Source: Azolla caroliniana
Taxonomy: Eukaryota; Plantae; Polypodiophyta
Reading direction: 5' to 3'
DNA length: 64,000 nt
Assembly (NCBI GenBank): GCA_043228905.1
Contig: JBHGNT010000018.1
Span: 11,780,001 to 11,844,000, forward strand
Positions 48,471 to 59,781 of this stretch are shown one piece after another. The position numbers and the translations under genes were made by a program. Position 1 is the stretch's first letter. Each line of letters starts with the position of its first letter. Below the pieces are notes generated by a model. It was not told where the DNA came from and made no database searches. It saw nothing but the letters and a program-made list of their open reading frames with translations.

Positions 48471-49070
48471 TCGACTATATCATGTGCCCAGTTGTAAAGA
48501 AGAAATTGTGGCATGTGTCTGGCGATAAGAGTTTAGTAAACCCTTATCAAACGCCCCAACGATTGATTAATCCATTGGTCCAGTCGTTCTTGAACCCTGA
48601 TGATTGGGTTCTCAACTTATTTTCTAGAACAGGTAATCTCATAAGTTTCATCAATTTTTTTAAAAATGAAAAATTATTTCTTATCCTGTTTTCTTACTTT
48701 TGTATGAGTGATTGTTTATTTAGGAATGACGACTACATGTGCTCTTAAACTGTTTAAGAACTGCGTCGCATTAGAAAAGGACTCCGACCAAGTCAATTTT
48801 ATTAAGATGAGCATCCAAGGCGTCTGGGATTGTGCCGACTAGGACCAAGAGGTTGGGGCAAAGCATATCAAGGAAACAGAGATGTTTTAGACGGCCTCCA
48901 GAGAGCCGATGGAATCTATAGACGAGGAAGGAGGCGACCTTGTCAACCTTGAAGATGCATCGAGTTCTGATCATATACAAGATTCAGCTGAGGAGACAAA
49001 ACATGTTGATGCAACACCACTGTCAACTGATCTTGGCGAGCAACTTGTTCCAGACCTCCTAATGGAGTGA
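48471..49070 (+). pseudogene. C-terminal fragment of a beta-class N4-cytosine/N6-adenine DNA methyltransferase-like gene, two exons (48471-48632, 48724-49070)
   Basis: Removing a 91-nt GT-AG intron (48633-48723, phase 1) gives NPYQTPQRLINPLVQSFLNPDDWVLNLFSRTG/MTTTCALKLFKNCVALEKDSDQVNFIKMSI. This matches the N6_N4_Mtase pattern HP-QKP..L...NPGD.VLDPF.GSGTT..A...R....E. An acidic tail follows with two TAG stops. Confidence 0.78.
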
Positions 49071-49904
49071 TTGTATATTAGTTTGTATTTGTAACTATAA
49101 AATTGTAACACTAACTTGTTTTGGAATATAAGATTATTTTGTTTGAGTACCATTTCTTTACACTATCTGATTGGTTTGCAAACTTTAATTCATATATTCG
49201 TATTGGATGACTCGCAAAGTATGTGGTTGTTAAGTATAATTTTTATTGAATTGATGATGATGAACTTATCGATTGTATGACAGATGCTCGTTATAATTGT
49301 TTCTTTAATAATATAATTGAATTTAGCTTTATTCTAGGATTTCTGAGCTCTTTAATCTTGGTTATTTAGTTTCGAGTGTATAGAATAATATTAAGTCAAC
49401 GTTGTTGCTCACTTGATCTTACATTTAGGTTGTTCATATATGATTGGGATATAATGTTTGTAAAAGTTTTTGGGCATGTGAGGTATATAATGTGATATTC
49501 ACTTATGCATATGTGTCTAATTATACCCAAAAATGCAATTTGCTCATTTAATATAACAAGCTTTATAGGAGTTCGAGAGAAATATAGCATTAAAATTGTG
49601 TTTCTAAAATTGTTCAATTGGATTCAAATTCAACATTATGTAAAATGAAGCATATTACAATGATAGTTGAAAGCATTCTTGTAATCCGAGAAAATGTCTA
49701 GCTAAATATGTGTATGAATTGAGAAAGTATAGCTTAAATTTGAATCTTGATAATATTAACTGTGTTTTTTATTTATGTTTTTAAAAGTCATGTGCGCATG
49801 CGTGATACATTCTTGAAAGTTTGTTAAAAAATTGTAATTCTTGACATCTCATGTATTTATCATTATAAATAAAGGAATGTGACATATTACCTGTTCTAAA
49901 TGAC

Positions 49905-50186
49905 CCAGTGTTGTATGTATATTCTACACATATGTGTGTGTGTTTATGTATGTATTGTATTGTATTCCATGTGTATGTATGTATGTGTGTACATATTGTA
50001 TCGTATGTATGTGTTATATGTGTAAATGTGTATGTATGTATGTGTGTATGTATGTGTTATCTATGTAAATGTGTATGTATGTAAGTGTATATATGTATGT
50101 GTGTATGTATGTACATATTGTATTGTATTAACTTTGTTTATTGTATCTATTGTATGTATGGCATGTGTGTATGATTGTATATGTTA

Positions 50187-50229
<43 letters not shown>

Positions 50230-50280
50230 CTAAGAATTTATGTGTTGGATTATGTATGTGTGTATTATGTAAATATATGT
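49905..50280. repeat. Compound (TG)n/(TATG)n microsatellite
   Basis: Low-complexity TG/TA/ATGT runs with a pure (TG)n stretch near 50190-50225. Confidence 0.9.
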
Positions 50281-50506
50281 CTAGAGTAGTTGTGGCGGCC
50301 CCGACATAGAATAATGGTGAGCAAAAGCAACACGACGAGGCGAGTATCGGCAACGACAAAATGAGAACGGAGGCGACAAAACAAGAATAGAGGCGGCAAA
50401 ACAAGACCAAAGGCAGTCAAACGAGGAGAGAAGCAACAAGGGGAGAAGAGGCAACGGCGACAATGAGGAGAGAAGAGGAGGTAGCAAAAATCACAATTAA
50501 AAAAAA

Positions 50507-50694
50507 CATGAATGTATGAATGTTATGTTTAGTATGAATGAATGAATGAATGTATGTATGTGCACGTAATGTATGCATGTATGAAGGAATGAATATATAT
50601 GAATGTACATATATGTATATATGTAATATGTAATGTATGTGTATGCATATATGTGTGTGTGGATGTTTGTTTGTAATATGTATGTATGTGCATG

Positions 50695-50731
<37 letters not shown>

Positions 50732-50752
50732 TATACGTATGTGTGTGTATAT
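50507..50752. repeat. Compound (ATGA)n/(TATG)n/(TA)n microsatellite
   Basis: Low-complexity runs with (TA)n near 50698-50728. Confidence 0.9.
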
Positions 50753-51544
50753 CTAATATATCTGGTCTAATAGGAGACAATTACGGGCCTCAGAGGATGG
50801 AAGAAAGGGTAGGGATGTTGCACTTGCCGAAAGAAGAATAGGGGGAAAAATTATGAAAGATGGATAGGTTAAATTGGAATTTTACCTTCATTTTCCTTTT
50901 TTGATCATGCACCACATCGTTTAGTTTCAGTTTTACAAGAACACTATAAAACTTCTAGATTTCAAATTCTAAATCTTGTGTTTCTTAGACAAGATTGTGT
51001 TCCTGTTGTGCATAATATTTGGAATAAGTATGTCTATTCTTATGATTATGCATTATCTAGTGTTCAAAAGGCTATTACTAAAATACAACAATTTTTTCAC
51101 TAAAAGGCCAAACAAATATTTCAGGCGTCTTTCACTAAAATAGGAAGACTTCGGAGGGGATTGAGGTCCTTGCAACATTTGCAAGAGAGAAGGCCATATT
51201 CGACTTATATAAGTTCTAGAGTGATACAAGTAGGGAATCAGATGTTAGAATTTCAAAAGATTTTTGCTAAATTTACTTACCACAATATAACATCTGAATG
51301 GGTAGAGTCGGGAGAAAATAAAATGTTCTTTCAAATGCATAATCAATCACCATAAGGAGGTTGCTAGGATTTCCCGTTTAAAATGTCTTGATGGCTCTTA
51401 TACCAATGATCCTAGTCATATGCGGCAAATAGCCTCTGAATATTATGAAGATTTGTTAAAGGCTTGATCCTTTTCTGCTGACAATTTGTCTAAACGGGAT
51501 ATTATTTGGTCAAGGATTCAACATAGAGTCTGTTCAAAAAATTT

Positions 51545-52013
51545 GAATGTCTTTTGCAACCACTAAGTCCTCAAGAGATTTTTAAAGCAGCAAAGGCCTT
51601 AGCAAAGGATGTTTGTCCTGGATTATATGGGTTAGGTTCAATGGTATATACAATACTAGGATTTGATAGGTGAGGGACCGACTAACTAGAATCTATTAAA
51701 ATTTCCGAATGTCTTTTGCAACCACTAAGTCCTCAAGAGATTTTTAAAGCAGCAAAGGCCTTAGCAAAGGATGTTTGTCCTGGATTATATGGGTTGGGGG
51801 GTTCAATGGTATATACAATACTGGGATTTGATAGGTGAGGGATTGACTAACTAGAATCTGTTAAAATTTCCGAATGTCTTTTGCAACCACTAACTCCTCA
51901 AAAGATTTTTAAAGCAGCAAAGGCCTTAGCAAAGGATGTTTGTCCTAGATTGGATGGGTTGGGGGGTTCAGTGGTATATACAATATTGGGATTTGATAGG
52001 TGAGGGACTAACT
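51545..52013 (+). repeat. Tandem triplication of an about 165-bp LINE segment
   Basis: GAATGTCTTTTGCAACCACTAA recurs at 51545, 51707 and 51872. Confidence 0.9.
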
Positions 52014-53207
52014 AAAGCTTATCAATAGGTTTTAGATTCTGGAAATATGCCGCAAGAATGGAATGACGGTTTAATTTACATGATTTCCAAAGCAACAAGT
52101 CAATTAGAGGAGCTTCAGCATTGGAAGCCAATTACTTTGTTGAACGTTATTTATAAGATATTAGCCAAAACGTTAGCTAGACGTTTACAACCTTATCTTT
52201 CTGAATTGATTCATGATTCTTAGATAGGTTTTATACAAGGGCAAAGTATTTTTTATAATATTATTCTATTTTGGGAAATGGTAGCTTTTGTTGAAGTGCA
52301 GAATCAAGGGTTGGCAGTGGTATTTTTGGATTTTGAAAAAGCTTATGACAGAGTGGATTAGGATTTCATGGAGGGTACGTTGCTCAAGATGGGTTTTCCA
52401 AACAGATGGATACGGGTTGTTTCAGCATTATATCATAATGCACATAGTTTGCTTTTCTTTGCAAGGGATGTTGGTAGGCGTTTATCTATTTCAAGATTAG
52501 TAAGACAAGGTTGTCCACTTGCTCCTTTTCTGTTTTTATTAGTATCTGAAGCGTTTTCTGTACACTTAAATTCTCAGCATGTTGATATCAAAGGTTTAAG
52601 CATTTCCATTTGCAGATCTTGGCTTCGATAGTGAATTTGCTGATGATACAACTCTTTATGTTCAAGCCTCACAATTTAACTTGTTGTCTGTTCAAGATGC
52701 TGTGGATGACTTCTCAGATGCATCGGGTGCATTGATCAATTGGGATAAATCATCAGGTTTTTGGGTGGCTTCGGGAGATCTGCCATTTCATGTACCTAGC
52801 GCAGGTTTCACGTGGATTCCTAAAGGGCAGTCCATTAAGTATTTAGGATGTACAGTGGGGTTAGGATTAAATGTAGAAGATATGATTGTGCCATTGTTAA
52901 GATTAAGGAATAAGCTAATATACTGGAATAAGGAAAAGTTATCCTTAGTAGGACGTGTAGTTGTTGCAAATTTTGTGCTAAGTTTGTCCTCCATTTGGTA
53001 TATAGCGTCTACAAGGTTGTTTTCTAGGTCAATAATGCTTAAAGTTCAACGGCTAGTGCGGAATTTTATTTGGGAGAATGCTACTGTACACAATACTATA
53101 GCAAAGGTGGTTTGGTCAGTTCATATACAACCCAAACAAAACGGAGGTTTAGGTTTCATTGATCCTTTTATGCAAAGTAAAGCATTACTTGCTAAACATG
53201 TTGTTAG

Positions 53208-53810
53208 TGTTGGGAATATGTCCCTCCAGTGGGAGGATGATCCGACTGTTCGGAAAGCCGATAGTCGAAGAGTCGGAAAGCCGACTGTCGAAGGGTCAAA
53301 AACAATGATTTGACTATTTGAGAATTCAACTATTATTATTATGGTAATAATAATGATGATGTTAGGAAATAGCCAACTCGGGAGACTATATTTGTAAATA
53401 GTCTAAGTGTGCGCCCCATGAGGGCTACGTATGTAAATAGACAGAAGTTGCATAAGTATATATGCAACTAGGGCAAACACGAATAGAGTAGAAACAGAAG
53501 TAGTAGAAATAGAGCGAGAGAGTGTGTGAGAGAAGAAGGAAGAGCCGCGCCATAATTGTGTGAGTAACAGCAAACGCGAAGAGCCCTGTGCGGTTGATAC
53601 ACTCGACAGAGTGTTGTATTCCTCTTGATGGTGTATATCCACTATTTGTATAGTGAAGTTTTGTTCACCCGTGGTTTTCCCCGTTTTAGGGTTTCCATGT
53701 AAATCTCTGTGTACATCTATTTATCTTGTCTTTCTTGGCATATTTATGTGATTCGTATTTCAACGTGTAGTTTGTTTATTTGTGATATGTTCTGCATCGA
53801 TTTCTCAACA
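53208..53810 (+). mobile_element. Copia solo LTR (family of M) inserted in the LINE
   Basis: TGTTGGGAATATG...TTTCTCAACA, perfect TSD GTTAG, ends match M's LTR at 40736-41051. Confidence 0.93.
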
Positions 53811-54520
53811 GTTAGGAGTTTATTGCCAGGAGAGGAGGTATGGAAAAAGTTATGGATGTGTCATTTATATCAATTTAAACCATCGGTTAGTGGTCAATGG
53901 CGTGTTAGTCTTAGGTGGTTCTTTAACTCAGATTTTCTGTTGCCTAAGTCGACAGATGGGTCTTTACGTTTTTTTTATGGAATTCTAAGGGCAAGGGAAA
54001 GTATTAGTCGAGCACTTGTTTTTGTGCCACCAAAAACATATCATCAATTAATGCGTCCACCATTGTTATGGAATCCTTTATTTACTGATGAAGCGGAATG
54101 TGTTTTGGGTTTACGACCTAGGTTATCTTGGGCTGCAATTGATAATGGACCAGCTCGTATGGTTGCGGATTGGGTAAATTTCTTGCAGACTTCAGTGCAA
54201 GACCAAAAGACTAGGGTGTCTAATTTTAGGGGGGCAAACATTATGCTCTCTCAAGTGTCAACGGTGTATCAAGTAACACTACCAACTTTGCAATTTGGTC
54301 ATTTTCAGAATTGGTATGGTATGTTTTCGACATTGAATATACTTATAGGAGCTTGTTTCTATCATCAAAATGGCAGCCTCTCCTTTTATGAAGTTTTAGA
54401 TAATGGTAGGTTGTTTTTAATGGAGGAGGATTCTTCAATTATATCTTCTGCCAAGCAGCTACTAGTGAGAGTAATTGCTAGATTAGATAAAAAGATATTT
54501 ATAGATCCTAATCCATTAAT

Positions 54521-57500
54521 TGTTGTTGAGATACAAGCTCAACATTGGCTAGATTGGCTGTGCAAGCCGAGAACCAGATCGGTTTGGATCGATTGGTTAG
54601 GCCGGACCTGTGCGTAAACCGGGTGCACAGACCGGTGTGCAACGAGAAGCCGTAGTGGTGAGTAAACCGCGAGGCTGTTGTCGTGAAGATTTTCGTCCAT
54701 AGGGGGAAAACCGAGCGGAGTGAGCAAAACCAGGGTGTGCAACATTGCACACGCACATGATGTATTTGTAAATATTAATAAGAACAAATGTAAATTGTAA
54801 GAAATGGACCACAAGATTCCTAAAATGTAAATGTGATGTGCACTTATGTGCACATCCACATGAGAAAGAGAGGGGTACATAGGAGTACGAGGTGAGTAAT
54901 GGGCATAGTAGTATGTGTGAGGAGTGGGAGTTAAGACCCCATCAATCCCTCCTCCAAGAATCTAAACAAATATCCCCCATTGAATGAAGGGGATATTTAG
55001 TCTCTCCTTTTTCGAAACAACTTTCTCTCCTTATGCTATAAAAGGAGAGGAGGGGGCACCATTGAGGGGGTTGCCTATTTTGAGTGAGAAGAGGTATACC
55101 ACTTAGGTCGAGGGTTTCTATTCGTTCTAGGGTTTCTTCATCTCTTTCTTTACTTATCCGATTAGGGTTTACATTCTACTTATGTTTGAGTCCGGCCCAC
55201 GCGACCGCGGTTGTAATCGCTTGCGGCTTTCATGCCCATAATATACATAACTTCATAAATCTTGTCTCTTTCTACTTTCTCTACCGTGTTAATCTCTTCC
55301 ACTTTGCTCATACTCGTCTTCCCATCTACTCCTAGTCCAAAACCCCCGTGGTCCCGCCTTATTCTACACGCACACATAGTGAGTATTATCTTTGAATTGA
55401 ATTTTTTGTGCTCTCTCTCTCTCTCTCTCTCCCGCGTACTGTGTATATTCTAAGCTCTCCATTAAACCTACATTTTTGTGTTCGGTTTTTTATTGCTTCC
55501 GCATGCTATTCTTTTCACATGGTATCAGAGTGCGAGGGTTGAGAACCTCTACAGCCGACCTTAGCTCAAAAAGAAAACCTAACCTTCGTAAAGAACAAGA
55601 AAAACAAAATGGATAGAGGCATGCCTAGCTCGCTTCCAATAGAGAAGCTCGACAGAAACAACTACGCATCTTGGTCCTACAAGATGCACCAGTACCTGTT
55701 CGGGCACGGTTACTGGAGCTATGTCGACGGAGCAAATGACACAACACCCGAATCGACACATAGAGATTTTCCGGTGTGGGGACAATCGGCGAGCAGAGTA
55801 CTGTACTGCTTCGCGTCTTGTGTGGGCGAACAACTCCTAAGCTACATTCGGGATGCAAAAATGCCGAAAGATGCTTGGGGAAATCTAAAGAAGATTTTTG
55901 CCGCAAGCACTACAACTAGGAAGCTTCAACTCCAATAGGAGTTGAGCAACCTACGACAACGCGACTTGTTGGTGGCAGACTAAACCTCCAAACTCAAGGA
56001 CATTTGCGACTCTCTGGCCTCCATCGATGTGAATATCGAAGAAGCCGAGATGGTGTAGATTTGTCTCGGGGGTTTGGCGTCGAAGTTCGGAGCATTCCGA
56101 ACTGCTATGTGTACGCGGGAGAATACAACGTCATTTTTCGACTTACAATCGATGCTCCTTATAGAGGAGAACCACGCAGGTGCATCGACGAGCACGCATG
56201 CCGATAACAAAATGTTGTACACGGAGGGAGATAGGCCCCGTGGTCATGCCGGAAGAGGTGAGTTGGGGTGCAATGGAGGCAGCTGATGTGATCAAGGAAG
56301 AAGGCACCAAAGTGATGCCGACAGCAATTACGGACCCTCCGGAGACAGGGGGAGTTGAGACGATGAGAACCGGCAAGGGAAATCCGCCGCGGAATGCTGG
56401 TACTGTGGCAAGAAAGGCCACAGGGAGAGCGAGTGTTGGAAACAGCACGCCGATTCGGAGAGAACCGGGTCCGGATCAGGTTCCGGACCGATTGACAAAG
56501 GAAATCGGTAGCGATCGCACTACGCCGAAGGATCCGGAAAAGCCGGAAAAGGGTCAGCCTTCGTCAGGAGACACAGAGCAAACTCGATGAAGAAGATCAC
56601 TCCGAAATCAGACGAGGTGTGGTACGTCGACTCCGGCGCGTCAAACCACATGACGTGCCACAAGGAGTGGTTCTCATACCTTGAGAAACCGATGCAACCG
56701 GGAGTAGTCGCAACTGGAGACGACACTCCGCATCCGATTGCGAATGTCGGTGAAGTTCCCCTAAGCCATGTTGGGCAAAAAGGGAAACACATGAGCATGT
56801 TACACGTCCCGACAATCATGAAGAATCTGGTGTCGGTCAGGCAGATCGTCGACCAGGGGATGCAAGTCCGGTTCACACATCTCGGGTGCTTCATTGAGGA
56901 GGAAGGCCGAGTTATTGCGCAAGGGTGCAGAGATGGGAGGATGTTTATCCTTGACTGTAGTGACAGAGGCACCACAATGTTTGTGAAAGGACAAAAAGTC
57001 GAGTCGGATATCGACTTATTTCATAAGCGGATAGGCCACGTCAACTATCAACAGCTTTAGGAGTACTTTTCCGGTCAATTCAACGGGTATCTACAACAGA
57101 TAGGAATTAGACGCGAATTCAGTTGCAGATATACACCGGAGCAAAATGGCGTGGCCGAAAGGAAAAATCGGTCGGTTGTGGAAGTGGCGCGGGCAATGCT
57201 AGAGGAGAAGAGCTTGCCCAAGTTCTACTGGGCCGAAGCGGTTCAGACCGCGGTGTACATCCAGAATCGGATCGAAGACAAAGTGTCGGCACATGAGCTG
57301 TATTTCGGAAGGAAGCCAAATCTACGACACTTGAGAGTTTTCGGTAGCATTGCGTATGTGCATGTGCTGAAGGAGAAACAGAGGAAGTTGGATGCAAAAG
57401 CCGAGAAGTGTATCTTAGTCGGCTATTCAGAGGAACAGAAGGGTTATATGTGTTATAACCCCCGAACCAAACAAGCTCGTGTGAGCCGCGATGTTGTGTT

Positions 57501-57692
57501 TGACGAGTCCGCGTCCTGGTACTTGCCTCCGACTCCGGACCTCACCTCCAATCTGAGCTCTGACGATGAGGTCAACGAGGCCGAGATGCCTCCGGATGAG
57601 CCTGAAATCAGGACCCGCGAAGAGAGTCCGATTCGTTTCGGTTAAATGGACTGAATGCCCAACTGAGTCAGTTCGACCAGTCCGATGAAGAG
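54521..57692 (+). mobile_element. Copia element P (family of I): 5' LTR, gag, protease, partly deleted integrase; cut by Q
   Basis: LTR 54521-55519. PBS TGGTATCAGAG at 55520-55530. gag from 55609, CWYCGKKGHRESEC, VDSGAS, PEQNGVAER, SRDVVFDE. Confidence 0.88.
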
Positions 57693-59636
57693 TGTTACCC
57701 AACCGGCAAAGGAGTTAAAGAACAAAATGTAAAAGGGATTGTTTATTCAGAATCTATTATAATTAAGTAGTTTATGAGACGTGAGTGGACGAACCGGAAT
57801 CAGTATGCCGATCCGGATCCGGACCGGTTCCGAACAGGTGCCGGTTGGCACCGTTTTGTACTCAGCACCAGTGAGCTATATAAAGGTCCGGTTATAATGT
57901 AAAACATTGACGGATAATTAATATAGCTTCTTGTTTTATCTTTAAGTGTTGATTACCGTTCTATGCTAATTGTTCTATCATACGCGTGTATCAAGTCTAA
58001 TGCCATATTGCTAAGTAACCAATTAAAGTCTGAGTAATCGTTGGGTCTTAAGTTATCTCGCCGTAACACCCCTTTGGTGAAGTGTCTCCCGTAGACACCA
58101 TGTGTTAGGCCATTGTCTAGCCCTAAGGAATAACACAGTTTTTGGCTAGTACCACGATTCCTGCACAATCGCAGCGAACAGCGGCAGGAATGGATGACTA
58201 GACCAACGAACGACCCGATTACGGAGCGAGCAAGGAGACTTGCTGAACGGCTAAGGAAGCGAGAGGCTTTCCAGCAAGCGGCAGAAGAAATCCGAACGGA
58301 TCGCTCATTTTCCAAGGAGATCCAGAGAGTGGCCAAGGAGTCACTTCCGTTACAACAAAACGACTACCCGGACGAAGAAAGCAACCTAACCAGCCTTCGG
58401 GAAGCGGAATCCCTTCTCCAGGCATTGGTAGTGGGCGAAGGCGAATCCAAAGCATTTTCGGCTTTCGAATCAGATTCAGAAGGGGAATACAACGCGCACA
58501 TACGACACCCCAAACAGACTGGAGGATGAGGAGTCGGATACCTTGCCGACACCGGAACCAGAATTGAGAAGGCTGGAACCTCTGGCATCGGAAGTTGAGC
58601 ACACTCCGGAACCAGAAGTTGAGGAAGAGAGTCCGATTCGTTTCGGTTAAATGGACTGAATGCCCAACTGAGTCAGTTCGACCAGTCCGATGAAGAGTGT
58701 TACCCAACCGGCAAAGGAGTTAAAGAACAAAATGTAAAAGGGATTGTTTATTCAGAATCTATTATAATTAAGTAGTTTATGAGACGTGAGTGGACGAACC
58801 GGAATCAGTATGCCGATCCGGATCCGGACCGGTTCCGAACAGGTGCCGGTTGGCACCGTTTTGTACTCAGCACCAGTGAGCTATATAAAGGTCCGGTTAT
58901 AATGTAAAACTTTGACGGATAATTAATATAGCTTCTTGTTTTATCTTTAAGTGTTGATTACCGTTCTATGCTAATTGTTCTATCATACGCGTGTATCAAG
59001 TCTAATGCCATATTGCTAAGTAACCAATTAAAGTCTGAGTAATCGTTGGGTCTTAAGTTATCTCGCCGTAACACCCCTTTGGTGAAGTGTCTCCCGTAGA
59101 CACCATGTGTTAGGCCATTGTCTAGCCCTAAGGAATAACACAGTTTTTGGCTAGTACCACGATTCCTGCACAATCGCAGCGAACAGCGGCAGGAATGGAT
59201 GACTAGACCAACGAACGACCCGATTACGGAGCGAGCAAGGAGACTTGCTGAACGGCTAAGGAAGCGAGAGGCTTTCCAGCAAGCGGCAGAAGAAATCAGA
59301 ACGGATCGCTCATTTTCCAAGGAGATCCAGAGAGTGGCCAAGGAGTCACTTCCGTTACAACAAAACGACTACCCGGACGAAGAAAGCAACCTAACCAGCC
59401 TTCGGGAAGCGGAATCCCTTCTCCAGGCATTGGTAGTGGGCGAAGGCAAATCCAAAGCATTTTCGGCTTTCGAATCAGATTCAGAAGGGGAATACAACGC
59501 GCGCATACGACACCCCAAACAGACTGGAGGATGAGGAGTCGGATACCTTGCCGACACCGGAACCAGAATTGAGAAGGCTGGAACCTCTGGCATCGGAAGT
59601 TGAGCACACTCCGGAACCAGAAGTTGAGGAAGAGAG
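57619..59636 (+). repeat. 1005-bp tandem duplication spanning the P/Q junction
   Basis: Unit bounded by GAAGAGAG at 57619, 58624 and 59629. About 4 differences between copies. Confidence 0.93.
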
Positions 59637-59781
59637 ACCTCTGACATTGGAAGTCGAGGAGGAGAGGCCTCCAACACCGAAAGAGGAGCAGGAATGACCT
59701 CCGACGCCGACAGAGGACCGGGAAAGACCTTCGACGCCGATAGAGGAGGAGGAAAGACCACCGACACCACCAACCCGCATA
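57693..59781 (+). mobile_element. Gypsy element Q (family of F/O): 5' LTR, damaged PBS and gag start, tandemly duplicated; cut by R
   Basis: LTR 57693-58135 (copy at 58698-59140), followed by CAGTTTTTGGCTAGTACCACGATT. gag MTRPTNDPITERARRL is homologous to the start of F's gag. Confidence 0.88.

Larger units (their letters stand above)
50890..54520 (+). mobile_element. Decayed L1/Tx1-like LINE ORF2 (endonuclease end, RT, C-terminal region)
   Basis: FDHAP (SDH-like), WKPITLLNVIYKILAK, FLDFEKAYDRV, RQGCPLAPFLF, EFADD, KYLG, GGLG. Interrupted by a solo LTR and cut by element P. Confidence 0.88.

Noticed and set aside
48377-48748. 123-aa ORF as annotated in the ORF track
   Set aside because: Begins inside O's LTR and reads into the intron. 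Only 48471-48632 is coding.
50026-50780. Cys/Val/Tyr- and His/Thr-rich ORFs
   Set aside because: Translations of microsatellites.
57693-59140. Apparent TRIM with two near-identical LTRs
   Set aside because: Flanking sequence on both sides is duplicated too, and there is no TSD or 3' priming site. It is a tandem duplication.
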